From: Nocardioidaceae bacterium
GTDB taxonomy: Bacteria > Actinomycetota > Actinomycetes > Propionibacteriales > Nocardioidaceae
DNA: 54,818 nucleotides
Assembly: GCA_013696555.1 (NCBI GenBank)
Contig: JACCYJ010000093.1
Coordinates: 1-54,818, forward strand
Direction of reading: 5' to 3'
Position 1 is the first letter of the stretch, and each line of letters begins with the position of its first letter. A program made the position numbers and the translations under genes. The notes under the pieces were generated by a model, which saw only the letters and a list, made by a program, of their open reading frames with translations, was not told where the DNA came from and searched no databases. Below, in pieces: positions 41,145 through 50,087 of this stretch.

Positions 41145-41238
41145 AGAATCTCTCGGCGTCGCTGAAGCCAGCCTGAAGGGGCGTTCAGCTGCAGGTTTGC
41201 GGGCGTTCAGGACAGCTTCAGCGCCGGCGTGCGACCGT
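41145..41238. promoter_or_regulatory. Divergent pair of OmpR-family tandem-repeat boxes
   Basis: Minus strand CTTCAGG-ctgg-CTTCAGC-N10-GATTCT (41178-41145) toward PepSY; plus strand GTTCAGG-acag-CTTCAGC-N10-GACCGT (41205-41238), 6 nt before the regulator ATG. Confidence 0.7.
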
Positions 41239-41244
41239 GGAATC

Positions 41245-41922
41245 ATGCGCGTCCTGGTGGTGGAAGACGACTTGCATCTCGCCCGGGCCATCCGTCGTGG
41301 CCTGGAGTCGGAGGGCTTTGCCGTCGACGTCGCACCGGACGGCGAGGAAGGTCTCTGGCTTGCTGCCGAAAGCGCCTATGACGCAATCGTCTTGGACATC
41401 ATGCTGCCCGGTGTCGACGGCTACACGGTCTGCGCCCGACTGCGCGAGGCGGACAACTGGGCGCCGATCCTGATGCTCACCGCGCGGAACGGTGAGTTGG
41501 ACGAGACGGCCGCCCTCGACACCGGGGCCGACGACTTCTTGGCCAAACCTTTCTCGTACATGGTGTTGGTGGCCCGGTTGCGGGCCTTGCTGCGCCGCGG
41601 CCGAAAGGAGCGGCCCAGCGTGCTCCACGTCGGCGACCTGTCGCTCGACCCGGCACAACACCGGGTGGCGAGGGGTGACACCCCGGTCGACCTCACGCCG
41701 CGGCAGTTCTCACTGCTGGAGTTCTTCATGCGCCGTCCCGGTGAGGTGCTGTCCAAGACCGAGATCCTCAACCACGTCTGGGACTTCGCGTTCGAAGGAG
41801 ATCCCAACATCGTCGAGGTGTACGTACGCCAACTGCGGCAACGTCTCGACGAGCCCTTCGGCCGCACCAGTCTGCGGACCGTGCGACTGGTCGGCTACCG
41901 GCTGGACCCCGACGGCGGATGA
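41245..41922 (+). CDS. OmpR-family response regulator
   Basis: LVVEDD, LDIMLP, LMLTA, GADDFLAKPF, winged helix NIVEVYVRQLR...TVRLVGY. Confidence 0.95.
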   Translation: MRVLVVEDDLHLARAIRRGLESEGFAVDVAPDGEEGLWLAAESAYDAIVLDIMLPGVDGYTVCARLREADNWAPILMLTARNGELDETAALDTGADDFLAKPFSYMVLVARLRALLRRGRKERPSVLHVGDLSLDPAQHRVARGDTPVDLTPRQFSLLEFFMRRPGEVLSKTEILNHVWDFAFEGDPNIVEVYVRQLRQRLDEPFGRTSLRTVRLVGYRLDPDGG

Positions 41923-43322
41923 CAATGTCCTCCTGGTGGCGACGCAAGGCGCCGCTGTTCGCCACCGTCCGGTCGCGGACGACGCTGATCGCCGCGGTCG
42001 TCGTTGCCTTGGCCCTGTTGGCGGCGGCGGCGGCGCTGCTCGCCACGCTCGAGAACGCCCTGGTACGAAGTGGCGACTCGTCCGCCCGGACACGGGCCGG
42101 CGACCTGGTGCAGCTCTCCCAGGCCGGTGCGTTACCGCAGTCGTTGCCGGTGCCGCGCGAGGAGGAGTTCGCCCTGGTGATCGGCGTCGACGGCGCCGTC
42201 GTCGCGGCCAGCCCCGGTCAGTCGCCGTTCCAGCAGGTGAAGGACTTCCAGCCCACCGGAGTCGAACCGGAGGTCCGGACCGTCAGCCAGGTACTCGAGC
42301 CCTACGGCAGTGAGCGGGAGGACTACCGGGTGTGGGCTCAGCGTGCCGAGTCGGCGCCGCAAGGCACGTACACCGTGTACGTCGGCTACAGCCTGGAATC
42401 GGTCACCGAGACCATGAGCACCATCCGGCGGGCTCTCTCGATCGGGTTGCCGGCGTTGTTGCTGTTGCTCGGAGTGGTCACCTGGATCCTGGTCGGGCGC
42501 GCACTCCGCCCGGTCGAGTCGATCCGCTCCGAGGTCGCCGACATCTCCGGCGGCGCCCTCGACCGCCGGGTCCCCGTCCCCCCGACCCGCGACGAGATCG
42601 CCCGGCTCGCGACCACGATGAATGCCATGCTCGACCGGCTGCAGACCGCGAACGAGCTGCAACGGCGTTTCGTGGCCGATGCCTCGCACGAGCTACAGAG
42701 TCCGCTGGCGTCGTTCCGGACGCAGCTGGAGGTCGCCCGCGCGCATCCGGACGGCACGGACTGGGACGAGTTGGTCACCGCCCTCCTGGCCGACAGCGCG
42801 CAGATGGAGCGGCTCGTCCGCGGGCTGCTGTTCCTGGCGCGCAGCGACGAAGGTGCGCCACCGCCGGCGCACGCTCCGGTCGACCTCGACGTCATCGTGC
42901 TCGAGGAGAGCCGCCGGCTGCGCCCGACAGCGGGGATCCGGCTGGTGACCGAACGCGTCTCCGGTGCGCCGCTGGCGGGCAGCCGCGACGAGCTGACCGG
43001 CATGGTTCGCAATCTGCTCGAGAATGCTGTCCGGCACGCCACCACGACAGTCACGATCGAGTTGGGCCTCGCCGACGGTGGTGTCCGTCTGATCGTACGC
43101 GACGACGGTCCCGGTGTCCCTGCGGAGCAGCGGGAGCATATTTTCGAGCGGTTCGTCCGGCTGGATGCCGGGCGCAGCCGCGGGTTCGGTGGGGCCGGAC
43201 TCGGCCTGGCGATCGCGCGGGAGGTCGCCCATCGGCACGGCGGCAGCATCGAGATGGCGGAGGGGGAGGGCGCTGTCTTCGTGGTGGACCTGCCGAAGGG
43301 GCTGCAACCTACGCTAGCGTAG
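41919..43322 (+). CDS. HAMP sensor histidine kinase
   Basis: Two TM segments, HAMP, DASHELQSPL, NLLENAVRH, DDGPG, GAGLGLAI. Confidence 0.95.
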   Translation: MTMSSWWRRKAPLFATVRSRTTLIAAVVVALALLAAAAALLATLENALVRSGDSSARTRAGDLVQLSQAGALPQSLPVPREEEFALVIGVDGAVVAASPGQSPFQQVKDFQPTGVEPEVRTVSQVLEPYGSEREDYRVWAQRAESAPQGTYTVYVGYSLESVTETMSTIRRALSIGLPALLLLLGVVTWILVGRALRPVESIRSEVADISGGALDRRVPVPPTRDEIARLATTMNAMLDRLQTANELQRRFVADASHELQSPLASFRTQLEVARAHPDGTDWDELVTALLADSAQMERLVRGLLFLARSDEGAPPPAHAPVDLDVIVLEESRRLRPTAGIRLVTERVSGAPLAGSRDELTGMVRNLLENAVRHATTTVTIELGLADGGVRLIVRDDGPGVPAEQREHIFERFVRLDAGRSRGFGGAGLGLAIAREVAHRHGGSIEMAEGEGAVFVVDLPKGLQPTLA

Positions 43323-43328
43323 GTAGGC

Positions 43329-44273
43329 ATGACGACGACCCACATTGCCGACACGTCGCTCCTGCTCGAGCTGGAGCAGGTAGTCGAGCGAAACCTCGAA
43401 CGCCACCTCACGGTGGCCAAGGAGTGGTTCCCGCACGAGTACGTGCCGTGGAGCGAGGGTCGCACGTTCGACGGGGTGCTCGGCGGTGAACCCTGGCGGC
43501 TCGAGGACTCACAGGTCAGCGACGTGGCCCGCTCCGCCCTCATCATCAACTTGCTGACCGAGGACAACCTGCCCAGCTACCACCACGAGATCGCCGTGCT
43601 GTTCGGGCGGGACGCGGCCTGGGGCGAATGGGTTCACCGCTGGACCGCCGAGGAGGGTCGGCACGGCGCCGCGATCCGCGACTACCTGTTGGTGACCCGC
43701 GCCGTCGACCCGATCGCGCTGGAACGTGCGCGGATGGACCACATGGCGGCCGGCTTCACGTCCAACCACCACGCCGACCTGCTCGAGTCGCTCGCGTACG
43801 TCTCCTTCCAGGAGCTGGCGACCCGGGTGTCGCACCGCAACACCGGCAGGATCACCGGCGACCCGGTCTGCGATGCGCTGCTCGCCAAGATCGCCGCCGA
43901 CGAAAACCTGCACATGATCTTCTACCGCAACCTGCTCCAGGCGGCGCTCGAGCTGGCGCCGGACCAGACGATGCGCGCGATCACCGACGTGGTCACCTCG
44001 TTCGAGATGCCTGGCGCCGGCATCGCCGGCTTCCAGCGCAAGGCCGTCGAGATGGCGGTCGCCGGGGTGTACGACCTCAGGCAACACCGCGACGAGGTCG
44101 TGATGCCCGTGCTGCGCTACTGGAAGGTGTTCGACGTCGAAGGACTGGGGGAGGACGGCGAGACGGCCCGCAAGGAGCTGAGCACCTTCCTCGACACGCT
44201 AGACGCCTCCGCAGCGCGCTTCGAGGAGAAACGCGACGCCCTGAAGGCGCGCCTGGCGGCCCGCGCCGGCTGA
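43329..44273 (+). CDS. desA: Acyl-ACP desaturase (DesA1-like)
   Basis: NLLTEDNLPSYH, WTAEEGRH, FQELATRVSH, AADENLH di-iron ligands. Confidence 0.92.
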   Translation: MTTTHIADTSLLLELEQVVERNLERHLTVAKEWFPHEYVPWSEGRTFDGVLGGEPWRLEDSQVSDVARSALIINLLTEDNLPSYHHEIAVLFGRDAAWGEWVHRWTAEEGRHGAAIRDYLLVTRAVDPIALERARMDHMAAGFTSNHHADLLESLAYVSFQELATRVSHRNTGRITGDPVCDALLAKIAADENLHMIFYRNLLQAALELAPDQTMRAITDVVTSFEMPGAGIAGFQRKAVEMAVAGVYDLRQHRDEVVMPVLRYWKVFDVEGLGEDGETARKELSTFLDTLDASAARFEEKRDALKARLAARAG

Positions 44274-44282
44274 GCCGGCAAC

Positions 44283-44346
44283 CGTCGATTGGCGCCAAGC
44301 GGTTGCCGACACGCCGATGCGGTTCGCGGCAAGACGCCACTCGACG
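44283..44346 (-). repeat. 64-bp intergenic hairpin repeat, copy 3 (reverse orientation)
   Basis: Reverse complement CGTCGAGTGGCGTCTTGCCGCGAACCGCATCGGCGTGTCGGCAACCGCTTGGCGCCAATCGACG. Confidence 0.9.
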
Positions 44347-44382
44347 ACAGGAACCAATCAGCGGCAACGCCATGATGTTGTG

Positions 44383-45213
44383 GTGGCAGACATCCGAGTC
44401 GGGATCTCGGGGTGGCGCTACCCGCCATGGCGGGGTGCCTTCTACCCGGCGGGGTTGCCGCAGCGGCGCGAGCTCGGGTACGCCGCGGAGCGGTTGAGCT
44501 CCATTGAGATCAACGGGTCGTTCTACTCGCTGCAACGCCCGTCGAGCTATCGGGCCTGGCGCGAGCAGACCCCGGACGACTTCGTCTTCGCGGTCAAGGG
44601 CGGTCGCTTCATCACCCACCTGAAGAAACTCGCCGGGGTGGAGACTGCAGTGGCGAACTTCTTCGCCTCCGGCGTCCTGGCTCTCGGCCCCAAGCTGGGG
44701 CCGATCCTCTGGCAGCTGCCACCGATGCTCGGCTACGACGCCGAGCGGCTGAGCCGCTTCTTCGATCTCTTGCCCCGCACCACAGCCGCGGCCGCGGACC
44801 TTGCCCAGCAACACGACGCGAAGATTCCTGACGACCGGGCCTTGACCACGACCGAGGCCGACCTGCCGATCCGGCACGCGCTGGAGGTTCGCCACCGGAG
44901 CTTCGAGAACAGCGAAGCGGTCGACCTGCTGCGCCGGCACGACATTGGACTCGTGGTTGCCGACACCGCCGGCAAGTGGCCGATGATGACCGATGTCACC
45001 TCCGACTTCGTCTACGTCCGGCTTCACGGCGCCGAAGAGCTGTACGTCAGCGGGTACACACCCGAGGGGCTCGAGCGCTGGGCGGCGCTCGCCCGGCGCT
45101 GGCGCGCATCCGGGCTCGACGTGTACGTCTACTTCGACAACGACGCCAAGGTCCACGCCCCGTACGACGCGCTGTCCCTCACCGACCGCGTACGACAAGA
45201 GGGGCTCGGCTGA
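44383..45213 (+). CDS. DUF72 (YecE-like) protein
   Basis: GISGWRYPPW.G.FYP, IEINGSFY, FAVKG.RFITH, LWQLPP, YVRLHG, YFDND.K..AP.DA. Confidence 0.92.
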   Translation: MADIRVGISGWRYPPWRGAFYPAGLPQRRELGYAAERLSSIEINGSFYSLQRPSSYRAWREQTPDDFVFAVKGGRFITHLKKLAGVETAVANFFASGVLALGPKLGPILWQLPPMLGYDAERLSRFFDLLPRTTAAAADLAQQHDAKIPDDRALTTTEADLPIRHALEVRHRSFENSEAVDLLRRHDIGLVVADTAGKWPMMTDVTSDFVYVRLHGAEELYVSGYTPEGLERWAALARRWRASGLDVYVYFDNDAKVHAPYDALSLTDRVRQEGLG

Positions 45214-45503
45214 GGATCACGCATCGTTCACGCTGCCGTCGCCTGCCGCTCAAATGGGTACGGCAGCCTGGCGCTCCGTGAGAGCCAATCTGATGATCCT
45301 GGCGACAGTTCTTGCCGTGACGACCGCGACGTCTGGTCGGCGCCGGACCCTCGGATCAGGTCACGCCGGGGCGAAGCCGTTGTCGAGACCCCTTCGCTAG
45401 GGTCCGCTGATTCGCTCCGTCAACTGACGGTGGTCCGCGATCCTCGGTCGCCCAGCTGCGGGCGGTGTTCGCCCGCGACCGGTGGAGAGGGCATGCTCGC
45501 AGT

Positions 45504-45938
45504 GTGAGCAATCGTGTCGCGGGTCGGCAAACATTGATGGTGCGCATCATGCGCCGCTTCTCGGCCGCGCTCGTCGAGGCGATCAAGGAACCGATCACGC
45601 TGGCCGTGCTCGACGAGGTGGCTGACGTGCTGCGGGCGGGCCACTACACCCGCAACGTCGCACTCGCGCTGGCTGAGAATCAGGAGTACCTACGGGACAT
45701 GGTGCTCGAGAAGGTCAAGGAGGACCGAACGGTGGGGCGCCTTTCGCGGCTGCCGTTCCACGACTCCGTGGTTCAGGCGGCCACGGATACGACCCTGCGG
45801 GTGCTGCTCCAGATCATCGTCGACCCACGCACCGACGAGCTGATCGGCGACATCCTGCGACAGAACGTCGACCAGATTCGTGCCGACGTGCACGCCAAGG
45901 GAGTGGCCGGCGCCATTCGAAGCGTCGGAAGTGCTTGA
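45504..45938 (+). CDS. Hypothetical helical protein (possibly the C-terminal part of an ion-transporter-like protein)
   Basis: Coding-like composition; K.PITLAVLDEVADVLRAGHYTRN, LPFHD, DPRTDELI.D.LR.N; start uncertain. Confidence 0.55.
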   Translation: MSNRVAGRQTLMVRIMRRFSAALVEAIKEPITLAVLDEVADVLRAGHYTRNVALALAENQEYLRDMVLEKVKEDRTVGRLSRLPFHDSVVQAATDTTLRVLLQIIVDPRTDELIGDILRQNVDQIRADVHAKGVAGAIRSVGSA

Positions 45939-45965
45939 CTTCAAGTCTACTTTAACTCCCAAGAT
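45935..45965 (+). promoter_or_regulatory. MerR/SoxR-type promoter with 19-bp spacer
   Basis: TTGACT (45935-40), 19 bp, CAAGAT (45960-65). CTTCAAG-TCTA-CTTTAAC resembles the SoxR dyad CCTCAAG-TTAA-CTTGAGG. Confidence 0.6.
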
Positions 45966-45995
45966 GTGGGGAGAGGAACATCTTGGAGGAACGCG

Positions 45996-46688
45996 ATGCC
46001 TACTGCGCTGATCACCGGAGGATCACGGGGCCTCGGTCGTGCGCTGTCGATAGCGCTGGCCGAGCGTGGCTGGGAACTGGTCATCGACGGCCGCGAGACT
46101 GAGGCCCTCGCCCGCATCGAGGCAGAGCTGGTGACGTCGACTGGCCGAATTCACGCCGTTCCCGGTGACGTGAGCGACGCCGAGCACCGGTCTGCCCTGG
46201 CGGCCGCTGTCAGCTCGATCGGAGGTCTTGACCTGCTCGTCAACAACGCCAGCATCCTCGGACCAAGCCCCCAACCGCGACTGGCCGACTACCCGCTCGA
46301 GGAGCTGCGCCGGGTGTACGAGGTCAACACCTTGGCGCCGTTGGCTTTGGCGCAACTGCTGCTGCCCGCTCTGCGACGCAGCCGCGGCACGGTCATCGAC
46401 ATCACCTCGGACGCCGCCTCGGAGGCCTATGAGGGCTGGGGCGGCTACGGCTCGGCAAAGGCAGCACTTGACCAGTTGAGCGCCGTGCTGGCCGCCGAGG
46501 AGCCGGACCTGCGGATCTACGCGTTCGATCCAGGCGACATGCGGACGCGGATGCAGCAGGAGGCCTTCCCCGGCGATGACATCTCCGACCGGCCCGAGCC
46601 GCACACGGTGGTGCCCGCTCTGCTGCAGCTACTCGCCGCGTCACCACCGAGTGGTCGCTACCGGGCCGCCGACCTGGCACTGGCATGA
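45996..46688 (+). CDS. Short-chain dehydrogenase/reductase
   Basis: TGGSRGLG, LVNNAS, YGSAK; GGAGG RBS. Confidence 0.92.
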   Translation: MPTALITGGSRGLGRALSIALAERGWELVIDGRETEALARIEAELVTSTGRIHAVPGDVSDAEHRSALAAAVSSIGGLDLLVNNASILGPSPQPRLADYPLEELRRVYEVNTLAPLALAQLLLPALRRSRGTVIDITSDAASEAYEGWGGYGSAKAALDQLSAVLAAEEPDLRIYAFDPGDMRTRMQQEAFPGDDISDRPEPHTVVPALLQLLAASPPSGRYRAADLALA

Positions 46689-47746
46689 CGGCACTGCTGC
46701 CTACCCAGGCCGCCAGCCCCATGGACTTCGTGCTGCCACCGGGTGCCCAAGCGACGGCCCCACCCGAGCGCCGCGGCCTGCGCCGTGACGGCGTGCGGAT
46801 GCTCGTCGCCTCGCCGTCGCGCGCCGAGCACCGTGTGTTCCGTGACCTGCCCGACCTTCTCGAGCCAGGTGATGTCGTCGTCGTCAATACCTCGGCCACC
46901 GTGCCGGCGGCACTGTCAGCGGTTCGCAGCGACGGTCGCCCAGCCCTGGTCCATGTGTCGACGCCGCTCGATGACGGCGAGTGGGTGATCGAGGTTCGAC
47001 AGCCGGGCAACGTGGGGCCCGCGAGTGACGTGACCCCCGGTGAAAGCCTTCGGCTGCCCGCCGGCCTGCGCCTCGACGTCACCCGGTCCTACCCCGTCAC
47101 CGGCCGAGACCGCGCCCGACTCTGGGCAGCGTCGCCTCGTCCGACAACCCCGCTGCTCGAGTACCTGTTCCGGCACGGCCAGCCCATCAGGTACGACTAC
47201 CTGTCCGGGGCGTGGCCGCTCAGCGACATGCAGACGGTGTACGCAACGCAACCCGGGTCGGCCGAGATGCCGAGCGCTGGCCGCCCGTTCTCGCCGTCGG
47301 TATTGGTTCGGCTCATGGCGAACGGCGTACCGGTGGTGCCGTTGGTGCTCCACGCCGGGGTCTCCAGTCCGGAGGCACACGAGCCACCGCTACCGGAGCG
47401 CTTCCGTGTCCCTGACGTGACGGCGCGGTTGGTCAACGCCACTCACGCGGCTGGTCGCCGGGTGCTCGCGGTCGGCACCACGGTCGTGCGGGCGCTGGAG
47501 ACGGCGAGCGACTCCCGCGGGACCGTCCGAGCGAGCCGCGGTTGGACCGATCTGGTCCTGGGACCGGACCGGCCGGCCCGAGTTGTCGACGCTCTGATCA
47601 CCGGCCTGCACGCCCCCGGAGCCAGTCACCTGCTGCTCCTCGAGGCTGTGGTGGGGCGCCCGGTGTTGGCGGCCGCCTACGCTGCCGCGTTGGAGCGAAG
47701 CTACCTCTGGCACGAGTTCGGCGACGTCACTTTGTTGCTTCGCTGA
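46685..47746 (+). CDS. QueA-family (SAM:tRNA ribosyltransferase-isomerase-like) protein, divergent paralog
   Basis: GDVVVVNTS.T.PA, QTVYA..PGSAEMPSAGRPF, AVGTTVVRALET, ITGLH.P..SHL, Y.WHEFGD; ATGA overlap with the SDR. Confidence 0.85.
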   Translation: MTALLPTQAASPMDFVLPPGAQATAPPERRGLRRDGVRMLVASPSRAEHRVFRDLPDLLEPGDVVVVNTSATVPAALSAVRSDGRPALVHVSTPLDDGEWVIEVRQPGNVGPASDVTPGESLRLPAGLRLDVTRSYPVTGRDRARLWAASPRPTTPLLEYLFRHGQPIRYDYLSGAWPLSDMQTVYATQPGSAEMPSAGRPFSPSVLVRLMANGVPVVPLVLHAGVSSPEAHEPPLPERFRVPDVTARLVNATHAAGRRVLAVGTTVVRALETASDSRGTVRASRGWTDLVLGPDRPARVVDALITGLHAPGASHLLLLEAVVGRPVLAAAYAAALERSYLWHEFGDVTLLLR

Positions 47747-47789
47747 CAGCTGTTGCTACGGTGACCCCTCCCCGGAGGGTGCACCTACC

Positions 47790-47950
47790 ATGCATGAGCT
47801 GGCGATCACCCAAAGCATCGTCGACGCCGTGACGGACCAAACCGCCGGCGCCACGGTGGCGGCCGTCCACGTGCGGGTCGGCCGGCTTTCCGGGGTGCTG
47901 CCCGACGCCATGAGGTTCTGCTTCGAAGTCGTCGAGGCCGCCCGTCTGGA
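47790..47950 (+). pseudogene. hypA: Truncated hydrogenase maturation nickel chaperone HypA
   Basis: MHELAITQSIVDAV...VRVGRLSGVLPDAMRFCFEVV; both C-terminal CxxC zinc motifs are missing. Confidence 0.8.
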
Positions 47951-47968
47951 GAGGACCTGGACGTCCGC

Positions 47969-48553
47969 ATCGCCGCTGCAGCCGGCATCAACGACCCGCT
48001 GGATGAACGGGTCGTCGAGGCCTACTGGATCGGCAACGACCTGTTGGCCGCGGTCGATCCCGCCGACTGCATTGCGCAGCTGCGGTCCCGCTTCGCCGGC
48101 CAGGTGACCAGCGGGCTGGAATCGGTGGTGGAGGCGGTCCCGCACCACAGCTTCCACGTGTTCACGGTGTATCCGTGGGTCGCGATGCTCGGGCGGGGTC
48201 GGGACGCTGTCGCGCTGTCGGTGCTGGAGCAGTGCCGGATCCGATGGGGCACGGTGACCGCTGTGGCGGAGGAGCGCGCAACGGTGGTCTCCGAGCCGCT
48301 GACCTACGTCGATGGCGAGCTGGTGCTGGGCCCTGAGCGCGAGGAGTCGGTGCGGTGGTCGACCGGCGGCAGCTCCCTGGTGCGCGAGCTCGTCGACGGT
48401 GACCTGGTCGCCCTCCACTGGGACTGGGTCTGCGACACCCTCGACCCGGGGCAACTCGAAGCCCTCCGCCGCTGGAGCGCTCATCGATTGGCGCCTTCCG
48501 GCGAGCCGCATCGGCGTGTCGGCGACCGCTTGGCGCCAAACGACGGAGGTTAG
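47969..48553 (+). pseudogene. 5'-truncated DUF6390-like gene (paralog of 34446..35285)
   Basis: IAAAAGINDPLDERVVEAYWIG...PHHSFHVFTVYPW...CRIRWG...GDLVALHWDWVCD; lacks the N-terminal YAFPPN/GYCGP part and is out of frame with hypA. Confidence 0.75.
48482..48545 (+). repeat. 64-bp hairpin repeat, copy 4 (within the 3' end of the DUF6390 remnant)
   Basis: CATCGATTGGCGCCTTCCGGCGAGCCGCATCGGCGTGTCGGCGACCGCTTGGCGCCAAACGACG. Confidence 0.9.
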
Positions 48554-48563
48554 GTCGCGGGAG

Positions 48564-50087
48564 CTAGCGCAGTGACGTGACCGTACGCAGCTCGGCGACC
48601 GCGGCTGCGTACGCCTCCTCGTACCTGCTTGCCCCTGCTTGCTCCAGTGCGTGCAGCCGACCGAAGCCGAAGGCCACCGCGGTGGAGGTGGCCTCCCTTC
48701 CGAGCCGCTCGTACCATTCGCGCGCTACCACGCTGTCTTGGTGGTTGCCGAGTGCCTTCTGCACCGCCTGCGCCCGGGCCCGGAGCTGGTCGGCCGGCTT
48801 GCCCAACGTCGGTTCGGCCATCTCGGCGGCGTACCGCAGCCGTTTGGCGGCCTTGCGTACGGCGTGCAGCGCCTCGTCGTGCGCGGTGCCGCCAGCCTCG
48901 TCAGCGGCGGCGACCCTCTTGGCGAAGCGCCGCCACGTCTTCGCGATGCGTCGGTCGAGGACCTTCTTTGCTCCTTTGGCCGCCTTGTCGGTGAAGGGCG
49001 GATCAGCGAGCAGGGATTTCAACGACGCCCGCAGCTCGATGTGCCGCCGCGAGTCGAGTGCCTCTCGCGCGCGGCGCATCGCCGCACGTTCATCCGTCCG
49101 CAATGCGGAGCGCACCGGGGTCGACATTGCTCGCACCGCGACCGGTGACTGCTCGGCGGCCACGGCCTCGAGCAGCCGTTCGCGCATCACCTCGAGATCA
49201 CGGACTTCGCTGAGCTCCTGGCCGAGCCAGCGCAGCTCGGACTCGAGATGACGAGCCGTGTCCTTGTCGAGCAGTGGGCGGGAGACCGCCAGTGCGCTGC
49301 GCAGCCGGCGGGCCGTGATGCGCATCTGGTGCTCACCGTCATGCAGGCCCAGCCGCACCTCCACCTCGCGGTCGGCGAGGCGCTCGGACTGCAGCGCGAG
49401 GTAGTCCCACAGCGCCGTTCCGGCTGCACGCCGCCGAAGGCCTTCCGGGCGGATGTGTCGCGGCGGCAAGTCGTTGCCCAATGCTCTGCGCAGCTTTGAC
49501 TGATGATCGGCTACCCGGCCACCCGCATCGGTGAGCCGCTCGCTCACCCGCTCGAGCAGGTCGGCATCGCCACCGGTGAGCTCGACCTCGACCTCCCGCC
49601 AGCTCTGCACGGCGGCCGGATCGTCACCTGGTCGATCAAGCCGGGTCACGTCAACCTGGTCGTCGCAGACCTCCGCGACCGCCAACTGGTCGGTGCCGAC
49701 AAGGACATGCACGGTGCGTGTCGTGCGTACCTCCACCACCTTGCGCAGCTCGGCTCCGAGGATGAGCGAAGACACGGCACGCCGGAGCGGGAGCGGGACC
49801 GTCGTCCCTCGACCGAGCGGTCGATGCACCTCCCGACGCTGATCGGTGCCTGCCGGGAGCTTCAGGTGCCAGCCGCCGTCGGTGCCACCCTGGCGGCGAC
49901 GCAGTGTCACATGGGCCCGCGCCAGCGCGAAGTCGGCGGTGTCGGAGTACGTCGCCACCAGCTCGATGGTCAGCGGAGCGGCCACCACCGTTGCCGCAGG
50001 AACGGTCAGGTCGGGGAGCACGATGCCGTCGGGCAGCTCGAACGTTCGCTCGATCTCGACGAACGTCTCCATCCCGGCCGAGGTCAC
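48564..50087 (-). CDS. CYTH and CHAD domain-containing protein
   Basis: EIERTF, TLRRRQGGTDGGWHLKLP, WREVEVEL; CHAD motifs HQMRITARRLRS, H.VRKAAKRLRY, LG.HQD. Confidence 0.9.
   Translation of the reverse strand: MTSAGMETFVEIERTFELPDGIVLPDLTVPAATVVAAPLTIELVATYSDTADFALARAHVTLRRRQGGTDGGWHLKLPAGTDQRREVHRPLGRGTTVPLPLRRAVSSLILGAELRKVVEVRTTRTVHVLVGTDQLAVAEVCDDQVDVTRLDRPGDDPAAVQSWREVEVELTGGDADLLERVSERLTDAGGRVADHQSKLRRALGNDLPPRHIRPEGLRRRAAGTALWDYLALQSERLADREVEVRLGLHDGEHQMRITARRLRSALAVSRPLLDKDTARHLESELRWLGQELSEVRDLEVMRERLLEAVAAEQSPVAVRAMSTPVRSALRTDERAAMRRAREALDSRRHIELRASLKSLLADPPFTDKAAKGAKKVLDRRIAKTWRRFAKRVAAADEAGGTAHDEALHAVRKAAKRLRYAAEMAEPTLGKPADQLRARAQAVQKALGNHQDSVVAREWYERLGREATSTAVAFGFGRLHALEQAGASRYEEAYAAAVAELRTVTSLR

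Noticed and set aside
45214..45500. Possible ncRNA or riboswitch in the intergenic gap after DUF72
   Set aside because: No recognisable consensus or convincing stem set by eye; an Rfam/Infernal scan would be needed.
47930..47975. Programmed -1 frameshift joining hypA and DUF6390
   Set aside because: No slippery heptamer, and both partners lack essential parts; deletion is the simpler explanation.
8170..48545. 64-bp repeats as a CRISPR array or tRNA
   Set aside because: Dispersed rather than tandem with spacers, no cas genes, and no cloverleaf or T-loop consensus.
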